Shown here piece after piece: positions 9,526 to 19,817 of a stretch of 64,000 nucleotides of DNA. The stretch lies in the NCBI GenBank assembly GCA_020723065.1, contig DYJP01000004.1, forward strand, positions 1,041-65,040. The letters are read 5' to 3'. The position numbers and the translations under genes were made by a program. Under the pieces are notes generated by a model. It saw only the letters and a program-made list of their open reading frames with translations. It did not search any database and was not told the origin of the DNA. This DNA is from Candidatus Micrarchaeum sp. (GTDB taxonomy: Archaea > Micrarchaeota > Micrarchaeia > CABMEP01). Each line of letters starts with the position of its first letter. The stretch's first letter is position 1.

Positions 9526-11292
9526 ATGTCACTCAGGCAGCCAATAGTGGTGGTTCTTGGTCATGTCGACCACGGTAAAACTAGCATTCTTGATTCTATC
9601 CGTTCCTCTACTATGACATCTAGGGAAGCAGGAGCCATAACTCAGCACATAGGGGCGAGCGAGGTGCCGATTTCGGTAATAAAGGAAAGATGTTCGCCAC
9701 TTTCAAAATTCATGAACATTAATTTAACGATACCTGGTTTGCTTTTTGTCGATACGCCAGGTCATGCCGCATTCACAAATTTGAGAAAGAGAGGAGGGAA
9801 CATTGCAGATATCGCGATACTTGTCGTGGACATAGCCCAGGGTTTCCAACCACAAACAATAGAGGCTCTTGAGATATTGAAGGAGTACAAGACACCGTTC
9901 ATAGTTGCCGCCAACAAGGTCGACCTAATAACAGGTTGGAAATCGAAGCCCAGCTCGTGCTTCTTGGAGACACTTCCTTCTCAGAGACAAGACATTCAGA
10001 CTGACTTAGATGCAAAAATCTACACTATAGTTGGAGAGCTTTCGAAATATGGGTTTAATTCGGAACGATTCGACAGAGTTACTGATTTCACAAAGAATGT
10101 TGCGATCGTTCCGGTGAGTGCAAAAACCCAGGAAGGAATACCTGAATTGCTCATGATGATTTCTGGCCTTGCGCAGAAGTTCCTCGAATCTCAGCTCACT
10201 TCTACTGTTGGTCCTGGCAAGTGCAGTATACTTGAAGTGAAATTTGAGAAGGGGCTTGGTGTAACTGCGGATGTCATACTTTATGAAGGATTCATAAGGA
10301 AAGGGGACACTATTGTTTTTGCAACCAAGAATGGAGTTAAGTCAACTAAAATAAGGGGGCTGCTGAAGCCTAAGCCTCTTGTCGAAATGAGAGACGTAAA
10401 AGAAGCTGGCGACAGGTTCAGCTATGTGGACGAGATATACGCCGCTTCCGGAATAAAGATATTCGCGCCAGATCTTGATGACGCTTTGCCAGGTTCTTCG
10501 ATTTATGTTGTAGAGAAGGAGTTTGAGCTTGAGAAAATAAAAAAGGAGTTGGAAAGCGAGCTTAAGGAAATCCTAATTAAGACCGAGAATGTCGGTGTGA
10601 TACTGAGGGCAGACACATTAGGTTCCCTTGAAGCGATCATGCGCCTTCTCGAAGCTGAAAAAATAAAGATAAGAAAGGCGGATGTCGGTCCAGTATCGAA
10701 AACAGATCTTATAGAAGCAGCTTCAATTAGGCAGCAGGACAGGTATTCCGGAGCGATACTTGCTTTCAATGTTGCTGTTGATCCAATATTCATTCAGGAA
10801 GCCCAGCAGAAAAATATCCCGATAATATCTTCCAATATCATCTATTCATTGTTTGACAAGTTCAAGGAATGGAAAGTCCAGGAGAGTGTTCGCGAGCAGC
10901 AGGAGGCTCTCGCAGAATATGTTTTTCCAGCCAAGGTCAGGTTTATGCAGGGTTATGCGTTTAGGTCCAACAAGCCCGCTGTTTTTGGCATCGAAGTTCT
11001 TATTGGCAGGATCAAGCAGGGTGACGTACTAATTAAGGAAGATGGGACCGAGGTAGGGTCTATCAAGAGCATTCAAGTTGAAAAGCAAAGTAAGAGTGAG
11101 CTTAAGTCAGGAGAGGAAGCGGCCATTTCAATGGACGAGCCAACGATAGGCAGGCAGATTTTTGAAGGCGAAATCTACTACACCAAGGTGCCGTTGAACC
11201 ATGCCTTGACGCTGATGAACAAATACAAGTCAATGCTCACGGGCCAGGAACTAGACCTTCTTGACCTGATAATGAGACTTACTAGAAAATAG
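9526..11292 (+). CDS. infB: Translation initiation factor aIF5B (IF2 homolog).
   Basis: PIVVVLGHVDHGKTSILD, DTPGH and NKVD GTPase motifs. 588 aa, typical archaeal length. Confidence 0.9.
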   Translation: MSLRQPIVVVLGHVDHGKTSILDSIRSSTMTSREAGAITQHIGASEVPISVIKERCSPLSKFMNINLTIPGLLFVDTPGHAAFTNLRKRGGNIADIAILVVDIAQGFQPQTIEALEILKEYKTPFIVAANKVDLITGWKSKPSSCFLETLPSQRQDIQTDLDAKIYTIVGELSKYGFNSERFDRVTDFTKNVAIVPVSAKTQEGIPELLMMISGLAQKFLESQLTSTVGPGKCSILEVKFEKGLGVTADVILYEGFIRKGDTIVFATKNGVKSTKIRGLLKPKPLVEMRDVKEAGDRFSYVDEIYAASGIKIFAPDLDDALPGSSIYVVEKEFELEKIKKELESELKEILIKTENVGVILRADTLGSLEAIMRLLEAEKIKIRKADVGPVSKTDLIEAASIRQQDRYSGAILAFNVAVDPIFIQEAQQKNIPIISSNIIYSLFDKFKEWKVQESVREQQEALAEYVFPAKVRFMQGYAFRSNKPAVFGIEVLIGRIKQGDVLIKEDGTEVGSIKSIQVEKQSKSELKSGEEAAISMDEPTIGRQIFEGEIYYTKVPLNHALTLMNKYKSMLTGQELDLLDLIMRLTRK

Positions 11293-11305
11293 TTTTTTTT
11301 GCGAT

Positions 11306-11509
11306 TCAGTCAACTTTGAATGCGACTTTGCAGATCACTCTGTATTCGGAGATATTTCCCTTTCTGTCGCAGTGAACTTTTTGGTCCACGACATGAACTC
11401 CCGTTATTCCGTGAACTGTCTTGCATGCCCTTTTCACAAGCTGCTTCAGTGCATCGTCAAAAGACTTTTTCGAAGTTCTGATCAGTTCCACTACTTTTAA
11501 CACTGTCAT
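11306..11509 (-). CDS. Dodecin (small flavin-binding protein).
   Basis: 67 aa. VVDQKVH...VAFKVD at the C-terminus resembles archaeal dodecin (VVDQGVE...VAFELD). Confidence 0.65.
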   Translation of the reverse strand: MTVLKVVELIRTSKKSFDDALKQLVKRACKTVHGITGVHVVDQKVHCDRKGNISEYRVICKVAFKVD

Positions 11510-11574
11510 ACCTTCACCTTTTCTGAAAATACATTCTTCTCATTAATCGCCCTATTCGACAGCACCTTATAAAA

Positions 11575-12816
11575 ATGTTTCTTATAAATATCTATATGCG
11601 AAACAGAAATTTTTTTTCAGCTTCAAAAAAAGTTCGAATTTCAAAGCGCATAACTTCCCTTCGGCAATCCACTTTTTCAAAATTTATAGGCCTTAAAGGC
11701 AAGGACATCATTTCCTTGGGTCCTGGCGAGCCAGATTTTCCTACACCAAAGCATATAGCCAAGGCAGGGCATAACGCAATAGATCGTGGGTTTACCCATT
11801 ATGCTCCTCCTGCAGGCTATCCAGATCTGCTTGAAGCGATAGGTAAAAAGCTAAAAATAAAAAATAAAATTAACGTTCAAGATCCCCATTCGCAAATCTG
11901 CGTAACTGCAGGTTCGACTGAATCGCTTCTGCTTTCAATGTTTGCTTCATTAGATCCTCGCAATCAGATACTGATTCCGGATCCCGGTTATTTTACTTAT
12001 CATCCTGCATCTGAACTGGTGGGCGCGAAGCCGGTTTCTTATCCTCTTTCAGACTCGGATGGATTTCAGCTTCATTTGGATGAAATAAAACGACTGGTCA
12101 CCCCTAAAACGAAGGCCATAGTGATAAATTCTCCATCCAATCCAACTGGAACAGTATATTCAAAGAAACTTTTAGAAGAGCTAGCCGACCTCGCGATAGA
12201 AAAGGACCTAACGATTATTAGCGATGAAGCTTATGAAAATTGTGTTTTCAATGGGGAACGGCACGTTTCGATTGCTTCGCTTAATGGAATGGAAAACAAC
12301 ACTCTTTCAAACTTTACATTCTCAAAGCCGTATGCCATGGCAGGATGGAGGGTCGGTTATGTTGTTGGTAACGAAGAGGCGATTGGTAGGATAAAGAACT
12401 GCCATCTATTAACTTCCGTTTCAGCATCTTCTGTGTCCCAACAAGCAGCACTTGCCGCATTGAATGGGTCGCAGAAATGTGTAGAAGACATGAGAAAGGA
12501 ATACGATAGGAGAAGAAAATTGATTATTAGGAGAATACAAGAGATTAAAGGATTTGATTTAAAAGTCGTTCCGAGTGGTGCGTTTTACATCTTTCCAAAA
12601 ATCTTTCGTGAAGAGATAAAGCACGTCTATCATCACATGAACGTGAATTCTGAGCAGTTTTCGCTTTGGCTTTTCGATAAGATTAAAGTTATAGTAATGC
12701 CAGGCATAGAATTCGGAGAAAATGGAGAGGGTTTTGTGCGCATGAGCTATGCCACTGATTTCAAATTGATTGGAGAAGCGATGGATAGGTTGGAGAATCT
12801 TTTCGGTTCGAGATAA
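11575..12816 (+). CDS. Class I/II PLP-dependent aminotransferase (aspartate/aromatic aminotransferase family). The true start is probably the internal Met near 11596.
   Basis: ISLGPGEPDFPTP, NSPSNPTG and FSKPYAMAGWRVGY (PLP-lysine region). Confidence 0.85.
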   Translation: MFLINIYMRNRNFFSASKKVRISKRITSLRQSTFSKFIGLKGKDIISLGPGEPDFPTPKHIAKAGHNAIDRGFTHYAPPAGYPDLLEAIGKKLKIKNKINVQDPHSQICVTAGSTESLLLSMFASLDPRNQILIPDPGYFTYHPASELVGAKPVSYPLSDSDGFQLHLDEIKRLVTPKTKAIVINSPSNPTGTVYSKKLLEELADLAIEKDLTIISDEAYENCVFNGERHVSIASLNGMENNTLSNFTFSKPYAMAGWRVGYVVGNEEAIGRIKNCHLLTSVSASSVSQQAALAALNGSQKCVEDMRKEYDRRRKLIIRRIQEIKGFDLKVVPSGAFYIFPKIFREEIKHVYHHMNVNSEQFSLWLFDKIKVIVMPGIEFGENGEGFVRMSYATDFKLIGEAMDRLENLFGSR

Positions 12817-12885
12817 TGAAACATTGCTTTTTAATGAATTCTGAATATATCTATATATCTATATTCCATTTATGGTGGGGTTGTT

Positions 12886-13734
12886 ATGGCTAAGAAATTT
12901 AAATTCAAATCCAAACCTGCTTCAAATAAAAAAATAGCAAAGAAACTTATTAAGAAAAAGCTGATAAAGAAGCATATAAAGAAACTTATCACAAAGTTCA
13001 GAGGTAAGATTTCTCATATAAAAAAGATATCTACATCCAAGATGCGTTCTAATATCAAGAAAGAGGAGTCGGAGATAAGAGAAAAAATTTCTCCGAAGCA
13101 GTTTGAAGTCATAACTCCAGATGGAGTGGATATAAAGCTAAACCTTTACGATTATCCAGATTCCGAAAAGGGAGTGATTCTTCTTCCCATGCTCGGTAAG
13201 ACGAAAGAATCTATGGATTATCTTGCACAATTTCTTTACAATCTGGGTTACAAGTCCGTCGCTGTTGATTACAGGGGACATGGTGGCAGTGAGCTTAACT
13301 GGCAATCATTCAGATCAAAAGATTTCGTAAACATGGTGTACGACGTTAAGGCAGCCAGAGATTTTCTTCTTGCCCATAAGGTGAAGAAAATTGCAATTAT
13401 AGGGGCAAGTATAGGAGCAAATATTGCTTTGAACCACACTGCAACAGATTCACAGATCAGAACATCTATCTTGCTTTCCCCAGGGATCGATTACAGGGGA
13501 GTTAAAATAGATTATTCGATTCCAGACATCAAGGTTCCGATATTGGTCTTTACAAGCAAGAAGGACCAGTATTCGTTTGTGAGCACCCAGCACCTGCAGA
13601 AGCTTTGCAGTTCACCTAACATAAAGATAGAATGTCTTGAAGGTGAAGGTCATGGGATGGAGCTTGTAACGAACAAGGAGACGAAGAAGCAGGTCCTTAC
13701 CGGTATTCAAGACTGGCTTGCGCAGTTCATTTGA
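12886..13734 (+). CDS. Alpha/beta hydrolase with a roughly 60-aa lysine-rich N-terminal extension.
   Basis: GASIGANIA (GxSxG nucleophile elbow). HGGSE. C-terminal GEGHGM. N-terminus is KKFKFKSKPASNKKIAKKLIKKKLIKKHIKK. Confidence 0.65.
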   Translation: MAKKFKFKSKPASNKKIAKKLIKKKLIKKHIKKLITKFRGKISHIKKISTSKMRSNIKKEESEIREKISPKQFEVITPDGVDIKLNLYDYPDSEKGVILLPMLGKTKESMDYLAQFLYNLGYKSVAVDYRGHGGSELNWQSFRSKDFVNMVYDVKAARDFLLAHKVKKIAIIGASIGANIALNHTATDSQIRTSILLSPGIDYRGVKIDYSIPDIKVPILVFTSKKDQYSFVSTQHLQKLCSSPNIKIECLEGEGHGMELVTNKETKKQVLTGIQDWLAQFI

Positions 13735-13746
13735 GTTTTAAAATTC

Positions 13747-14619
13747 TTATTTAATTTTGTGTTTTCTAGCGTACATGTAGAGGAATTGCTGTGCATAGCC
13801 AGCGTGATCCCCCCATTTCGTTTTTGCAAAAGATTGAATGTCCTTGTAGGAGTATTTTGTATTCGGGAACATTTTTTTGATTTCATTCCCATACTGCCTT
13901 TTCATGATTCTTGCAATCCATATATCTATTGGGAAAGCTTCTCCCTTGTTGAATGAGAAAAGAAGGATGCAGTCTGCGACCTTTTCTCCTATTCCTGTAA
14001 ATTTCATGAGTTTCCTTTTTGCATCATAGTAATTTAGTTTTTTTATATTTTTTAACTGTTTTTCAGACATTCTATTAGCGATTTCGTGCACATATCGGTC
14101 CCTGAAGCCCAATCCGCATTTTCTTAGCTTTTCTTTGTTTGCTTTTTTCAATTCAGCAATTGTTGGGAATATAAAAATCCCATTTTTTAGCTGCTTTCCA
14201 TAAGCCTGTTTTATATTTTCTATATTTTTTTCTATTCTAGGTATGTTTGAGAAGCTGCTGCAGACAAAACTTATTGTGCAGTACCATGGGTCTTGTCTTA
14301 TTAACCGCAATCCGTAAAATTCTTTTATTGCTTTTTTCATTAAAGGGTCAGTTGAAATCTTTTTGTAGATTGTCTTCGCATTTAAATCAAGCGAGAAGTA
14401 TTTTTTTATTTCATTATTTGGTATTTTTTCTTTCAGTGAGATATATGAGAGTAAGTTTCCTTTCTGTCTTATTTTGACCGGCTTTCCGTATATTTCCCCT
14501 ACTCTCCATTCATTTTCATTTTTCCATCCAAAAACTTGTCCGCTGTCCAGCGTAAGGTACAGATCAAATGTCGAAATTTTGAGTGTTTGTATATTGTCTT
14601 TTCCACTAGATTTTGCCAT
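13747..14619 (-). CDS. ogg: 8-oxoguanine DNA glycosylase/AP lyase, OGG1-type (HhH-GPD).
   Basis: N-terminal LDSGQVFGW. HhH-GPD region LRKCGLGFRDRYV...FTGIGEKVADCILLFS. Confidence 0.8.
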   Translation of the reverse strand: MAKSSGKDNIQTLKISTFDLYLTLDSGQVFGWKNENEWRVGEIYGKPVKIRQKGNLLSYISLKEKIPNNEIKKYFSLDLNAKTIYKKISTDPLMKKAIKEFYGLRLIRQDPWYCTISFVCSSFSNIPRIEKNIENIKQAYGKQLKNGIFIFPTIAELKKANKEKLRKCGLGFRDRYVHEIANRMSEKQLKNIKKLNYYDAKRKLMKFTGIGEKVADCILLFSFNKGEAFPIDIWIARIMKRQYGNEIKKMFPNTKYSYKDIQSFAKTKWGDHAGYAQQFLYMYARKHKIK

Positions 14620-14668
14620 AATTAAATTATGTGGTGTATTTTAAATTGTTTATCAGAAATAGATATAT

Positions 14669-16060
14669 ATGCTAGTTTATGTAACATTCGTGAAGAAAGT
14701 TGAAAATTTATATCTCCATTCTGCATTTTCAAGGAAAGGTCACACTCTTTTCAAGTCAGATAAGCAGTTTAAGCCAGGTTCCTGGCTTAATGTTTTAGGA
14801 AAGACCAAGAAATTCGATGAAGATACGATTGAAATTATTGTGGATGAAGTTGGTATAGCAGTAAACCAAGACAAAAAGGAAGAAACTGAGATAAAAGATT
14901 TTATAGACTCTCAATCAAGAATATTGCCGGCAAAACCGTTCATAAACGACGAGACTATGAAGCATCTGTCCCCGAAATTAGACGAGGTTGCAACATTCAT
15001 TAAAAAAGCAACAATTCTAAGGAGGCCGATAATTGTAAGATACGATTCAGATCAGGACGGGCTTACTTCTGCTCTTTCTATCTTTTATGCGCTTAGTAAT
15101 TACTACAATATTAAATTCATACAGCAAATGTTTCCTTTTTATAGTAGATCAGATTTTGAGGATGACATTCGTTATGTAAATCGATTAGAATCAAGTCATT
15201 TGCCTCCGGTCTTAATTTGCGTGGATTTCGGTTCAAATCCTGAAAGCGAAGAAGGATACCGTGCTGCAGTCGATAATGGTTTTTCAGTGGTAGTGATCGA
15301 TCATCACCCTCCGCATAATCCTAAAATAGGTGATTTAATCGATGTGTGGGTTTCAGCCTGGCTAGTCGATTCAAAACAGCCATCCTCCTACACCGCGGGC
15401 CTGCTTTCCTCAGAGGTTGCAAAAAGATTATCTAAACTGGATCCGACTCTTACTGATCGGCTTGCAAAAGTTTCTCTTACTGCGGACAGAAGCAAGATTT
15501 GGAATCCGTCCGCAGAAGATCTGGAATATGCGGAGTCAGTTGGTTATTATATCATTACTGCAGCGTATGAGAACAATATTTCGCAATATGCAAAAGCATT
15601 TAATGATGATGAAATGTTGGATTTTGCTTACGCGCAATCGCAGGAAAAAATTCAAACGTTTATAGAAAAGGTGTCAAGGCACGTTAAATCGCGTAAAAGT
15701 AATGGGATAATTTTCTATCTTGCGGATGTTACGAAAATAACTAAGAAAGGAAGTTATCCTAATCGGGGTTTGGCTTCAAATATAGTTGCAGACTTATACG
15801 GAAACAAGCCCTTCCCAGTCGTGACTATAGTTTTCACAGGCAGAAACATAAGCCTTAGAGCGAACAAACGAGCCTTCGATTTGAATTTGGACTTCTCTTC
15901 AGCTATAAAGCAGCTTAAGGATGAAATGGGACGGGTAATCGAAACTGGCGGAGGACATAAGATGGCGGCGGCATTAAGGATTAAACAGGGTTACCTCAAA
16001 GAGGTTCTCAACAATCTTATTCAAATTATTTCTTCTCAAAACAAAGAAGCTAAAGTATAG
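14669..16060 (+). CDS. DHH-family phosphoesterase (archaeal RecJ/GAN-like) with a DHHA1 domain.
   Basis: Motifs RYDSDQDGLTSA, VIDHHPP and a C-terminal GGGHKMAAA (DHHA1). Confidence 0.8.
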   Translation: MLVYVTFVKKVENLYLHSAFSRKGHTLFKSDKQFKPGSWLNVLGKTKKFDEDTIEIIVDEVGIAVNQDKKEETEIKDFIDSQSRILPAKPFINDETMKHLSPKLDEVATFIKKATILRRPIIVRYDSDQDGLTSALSIFYALSNYYNIKFIQQMFPFYSRSDFEDDIRYVNRLESSHLPPVLICVDFGSNPESEEGYRAAVDNGFSVVVIDHHPPHNPKIGDLIDVWVSAWLVDSKQPSSYTAGLLSSEVAKRLSKLDPTLTDRLAKVSLTADRSKIWNPSAEDLEYAESVGYYIITAAYENNISQYAKAFNDDEMLDFAYAQSQEKIQTFIEKVSRHVKSRKSNGIIFYLADVTKITKKGSYPNRGLASNIVADLYGNKPFPVVTIVFTGRNISLRANKRAFDLNLDFSSAIKQLKDEMGRVIETGGGHKMAAALRIKQGYLKEVLNNLIQIISSQNKEAKV

Positions 16061-16329
16061 ATTAAATACTTTTCATTAGTATATAATATTACGATTACGC
16101 ATTTGGGGACATTGCGTAACCAGGCAGCGCGGCAGGCTCCAGTTTTAAGGATGCTGCACTGTTTTGTGCGGGTATTCTGACTCGGGTCAAACCGGGGATG
16201 ATCTATAACGGGAGCCATGATTTGATGATTGCTCCAAAAGAAGATACCTGCAAGTCGGGGTTCAAAGAAACTTTTGAGAAAAGTTTCATCAAAAGTCTTG
16301 GAAATCCCCGTGTCCCCATTATTCTTATT

Positions 16330-17226
16330 CTAAGAAAATTCCACTGCATTGAATACATCTTCCAGCTTTTTGCTTTTCATTATTTTTTCCCTTACTCTAG
16401 CCGCATCCTTTATACCTTTAAGAAGCTGGGCTGAAACTAGTTTGAGATCTTTAAGATTTATTACTCCGATGCTATCGCATATTTCGCAGTATTCTAAGAA
16501 TAGATTTTTCCTTTCCGATTGGCTTAATTCCTTTTTTCCTTTAAAAACCATCGGATTTTGCAATGCTGCTCTTCCGATCATAATTCCGTCGCAACTGTTT
16601 TCGATAAGACTTTCGGCTTGATCTAGATTTTGTATGTCTCCATTGCCTATTACCGGGATTGAAAGCGCTTTGTGTGCATCCGATATAATCTTCCAATTCG
16701 ATTTTCCGCTATATCCCTGTTTCACGGTTCTTCCGTGCGTTATGATAAAATCGGCTCCAGCTGATTCTATTCCTTTGTAGAAAGAAATGGTTTTTTCAAC
16801 TTCTGTAAATATCCTGGTTTTAACACTGACAGGAAGAGAAGTGACTTTCTTGCATTCTACGATTATTTTTGAAAGTAGTTCCAGATTCTTCATTAGGGCG
16901 CTTCCAGCGCCGATTTTCATAGTAGTGTGGGACGGGCACCCCGCGTTTATATTGAATCCTGCTATGTTCTGAAATTTTTCGCTCACTATTTTTACTGTTT
17001 CTGCGAATTCCTTCGGATTTGATCCTGAAAGTTGAACATAGACTTCTCTTTCCGATTCGTGTATGTCAGGGATAAGCTTTCCCTTGGTCACTGCTGTTAC
17101 ATTTATTAATGGAACAAATATTGCCTCGCATCCGTGCTTCTGGCAGAGAATCCTGAATGGCGCGTCCGTGTATTCATGTATCGGCGCAAGGGATATTCTT
17201 GGGAAACTCTTTTTGTTCTTAGACAT
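16330..17226 (-). CDS. dus: tRNA-dihydrouridine synthase (Dus family).
   Basis: LAPIHEYTDAPFR. FNINAGCP. The catalytic region is conserved. TIM-barrel FMN enzyme. Confidence 0.85.
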   Translation of the reverse strand: MSKNKKSFPRISLAPIHEYTDAPFRILCQKHGCEAIFVPLINVTAVTKGKLIPDIHESEREVYVQLSGSNPKEFAETVKIVSEKFQNIAGFNINAGCPSHTTMKIGAGSALMKNLELLSKIIVECKKVTSLPVSVKTRIFTEVEKTISFYKGIESAGADFIITHGRTVKQGYSGKSNWKIISDAHKALSIPVIGNGDIQNLDQAESLIENSCDGIMIGRAALQNPMVFKGKKELSQSERKNLFLEYCEICDSIGVINLKDLKLVSAQLLKGIKDAARVREKIMKSKKLEDVFNAVEFS

Positions 17227-17296
17227 ATCTATACCAACAGCTATAGTTAACCTAACAGTTTAAAATATATTACCTCCAACTATATCTAGTGATCTT

Positions 17297-17542
17297 ATGG
17301 CAAGGAAGAAAGAAGAGGAGTTCAATTGGGACAAGTGGGGCAAGAGCTGGGACAAGAGTTGGAAGGTTAAGAAAAACGAAAGCGTTGTCTGGTTCGGAAT
17401 ATTTGTTATGCTCATTGGCGTCCTGTGGTATTCCATAAACATAGGAATAATCGATATAGGCCTGTTTTTCCCGGGTTTGCTCATAATATTCGGGGCGAGT
17501 TTAGTACTCAAGGGGCTGTTGGACCACATATTTCATTTTTAA
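17297..17542 (+). CDS. Small W/K-rich membrane protein (81 aa).
   Basis: Charged N-terminus followed by two hydrophobic helices. Confidence 0.35.
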   Translation: MARKKEEEFNWDKWGKSWDKSWKVKKNESVVWFGIFVMLIGVLWYSINIGIIDIGLFFPGLLIIFGASLVLKGLLDHIFHF

Positions 17543-17560
17543 TCTCTTTTAAGTGGTCTC

Positions 17561-17773
17561 ATGAGGATAAGCGTTAAGGTAGTCCCTAATTCTAAAAAGG
17601 AGGAAGTGATACTGGAATCTGACGGCTCGCTTACTGTGAAAATAAGAGAGAAGCCGGAAAAAGGAAAGGCGACTGTAAAGCTGCTGAAGGTTCTTTCAGA
17701 GCATTTCAAGAAAAGAGTTACGCTTGTAAGGGGAGCATTCAGCCGGGAAAAAACAGTAGAGATCGAAGAATGA
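17561..17773 (+). CDS. DUF167/YggU-family small protein.
   Basis: 70 aa. Pattern V.VKVVPNSKK...DG.L.VKI.EKPEKGKAT..LLK.L...TLVRGAFSREK.VEI. Confidence 0.55.
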   Translation: MRISVKVVPNSKKEEVILESDGSLTVKIREKPEKGKATVKLLKVLSEHFKKRVTLVRGAFSREKTVEIEE

Positions 17774-17774
17774 A

Positions 17775-18470
17775 TCATTGTATTCCAAGCATAGAAGTGA
17801 ATACAAGATATGTTATTGTGAATGCGAGCACCGTTCCGCCTATGAGCTGCCAAATCGTATGCGCTTTCACTTTGTATCTGAGGGTATAAACAGGTATAAG
17901 CAATACGAAGAATGGAAATACGATGTTGCCGTAAACCACATACATTGCGGTCAGCGGACCAGTTATTCCGCTCGCATGTGCGCTTATTTTCCATTTAAAG
18001 TTTATTATCATCATCAATAGGGTCACTATCGCATACGCTATTGCGGTAACAAACATGAGCTTCGTCTGAAACACGTAAAATGTTATCGCAGCGATTATCT
18101 CGGAAGCGATTGCTATTACGTAAAATTTCGTCCTGGATTTCTGTTCTGATAGCTCTATGTCAACTCTTCCCTTCTTGCTGAAATAAAGGATGGCGGTTCC
18201 CGGGAGCAGTGAGAACAACACCCCGCTGAGCAGGAACGCGCTTAATTGGTTAAGGTTTCCGGTTCCATACGGTGAATAGAAGCAGAAGAAGAATGCAAGG
18301 ATTATTGACGTAATTGGGGCCGACGTCAGTATCGATAGGAATATGAGCCGGTTGTCCCCATAAGGCTTTTTGAACTTCACAGTTTTGACTTTTTTTATGT
18401 TGGATTCAATCTTGAAGTGTACGTTGTCTTTGATTCTTCTGACTTTTGATTTTATCTTGTTTATCTTCAA
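17775..18470 (-). CDS. Polytopic membrane protein, possibly a PAP2-like phosphatase.
   Basis: Six TM helices. KISAHASG and RYKVKAHT resemble PAP2 motifs 2 and 3. The match is weak. Confidence 0.35.
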   Translation of the reverse strand: MKINKIKSKVRRIKDNVHFKIESNIKKVKTVKFKKPYGDNRLIFLSILTSAPITSIILAFFFCFYSPYGTGNLNQLSAFLLSGVLFSLLPGTAILYFSKKGRVDIELSEQKSRTKFYVIAIASEIIAAITFYVFQTKLMFVTAIAYAIVTLLMMIINFKWKISAHASGITGPLTAMYVVYGNIVFPFFVLLIPVYTLRYKVKAHTIWQLIGGTVLAFTITYLVFTSMLGIQ

Positions 18471-19096
18471 TTATACCACTGATTGAATGCTATATTTTTG
18501 TTTTGCGGTTGAAAGCTTTTAAATATTCGATTTCAATGTTTTTCATGAGATCGCTGACTAAAGCCAAAAACAACAAGTTCAACCTAAATTTCGTATTGGA
18601 AGGGACATCTTCCGGTCTGGTGGACGGGACCATCTGCGCGTTAGGCGTGGTCATAGGTATTTCTGCGGCCACCAATGATGCGTTTTTGACAATAATATCC
18701 GGAATAATCGCCGGCTTTTCCAATTCTTTCGGAAATTCGATAGGTTTTTACCTTTCGCAGGTTTCTGAGCGCAACATTCAGATAGTGAATAGGCGCATGG
18801 GCAAGGTTCAGCACGTGCATTCCAAGAACGAGATACTGTTGAATGCGATTTTTTCGTTTCTCTCGACTTTCTTTGTGAATCTGGTGATTCTTTCGCCGTT
18901 TCTCGCGCTTAGCACCGAATTTGCGATAGTGATGTCAGTGATTCTTTCTGTTGCGATCGTATTCGCGCTCGGCGCCTACAATGCGAAGATAACAAGAAAG
19001 AATTTAGTTAGGGAAGGGGTGTTTTATTCCATCCTGACTGTGATTGGCGCGATAATGAGCTATGCTGTCGGCGTCATGCTTTATTGGATTATCTAG
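18446..19096 (+). CDS. VIT1/CCC1-family (DUF125) membrane transporter-like protein. The start is probably the internal Met.
   Basis: GLVDGTICALGVVIGISAA and IISGIIAGFSNSFGNSIGFYLSQVSE match the VIT-family signature. Confidence 0.55.
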   Translation: MILSCLSSIIPLIECYIFVLRLKAFKYSISMFFMRSLTKAKNNKFNLNFVLEGTSSGLVDGTICALGVVIGISAATNDAFLTIISGIIAGFSNSFGNSIGFYLSQVSERNIQIVNRRMGKVQHVHSKNEILLNAIFSFLSTFFVNLVILSPFLALSTEFAIVMSVILSVAIVFALGAYNAKITRKNLVREGVFYSILTVIGAIMSYAVGVMLYWII

Positions 19097-19724
19097 ATCT
19101 TTCTCCTTTTTCGTAAAGCTTAGCCACCGCCTCGTAGCCTTTCTGTTCGAGTTCTCGTTTGACAAGCTCCCTTATAATCTTCTTCCAATCGATTACGAGC
19201 ATTCCAGCTGTGAGCAGGATTCCTATTGCACCCATGAGGATGTATTGTCCAGTAGACAATGTTAGCTCTTCCAGGGCGGATTCAAGTACCGTTATGTATA
19301 CTATGTTCGAAATAAGTTCCCCGATAAAGAAGCCTGCAAGAAGTACGATAACCCTTAGGTTGGCAATTCCTGCGATCAGAAAGAGCGCATTAGTGGGCAA
19401 AGGGCTTAATGCGTATATGAATGCAAGTATGAAAACTGTGAATGAGTTGCTGTCCGACATGAAGAATTCTTTGAAAAACTCAATATTTCTTTTTTGACGC
19501 TTAGGTAGGACTTTTTCCCCTATCACTTTAGAATATTTTGTAAGAACATATCTTCCGAGTGCGGAAGCACTTATGCCGACCAAAATAACAGGAAACATTG
19601 ATATCGGGTCTGCCTTTCCTATGAACAGTGCGACAACCATCCAAGTCGGAATTGTAAATATCGGATTAGCATTAAGCAGGAACACAGTTGCAAACACTAT
19701 TTCCGCGGAAGTTATCATGTCCAT
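19089..19724 (-). CDS. DedA/TVP38-like membrane protein.
   Basis: Polytopic. ALGRYVLTKYSKVIGEKV resembles the DedA G..GR motif. Confidence 0.4.
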   Translation of the reverse strand: MDMITSAEIVFATVFLLNANPIFTIPTWMVVALFIGKADPISMFPVILVGISASALGRYVLTKYSKVIGEKVLPKRQKRNIEFFKEFFMSDSNSFTVFILAFIYALSPLPTNALFLIAGIANLRVIVLLAGFFIGELISNIVYITVLESALEELTLSTGQYILMGAIGILLTAGMLVIDWKKIIRELVKRELEQKGYEAVAKLYEKGERSR

Positions 19725-19817
19725 GATTCAGATTATTATTAAAGGTTTAAAATTCTCACTGATGTAATCATATGCAGATAGCATTGAGTTAATCCATTTT
19801 AAAAAAAGGTAGGTCGT

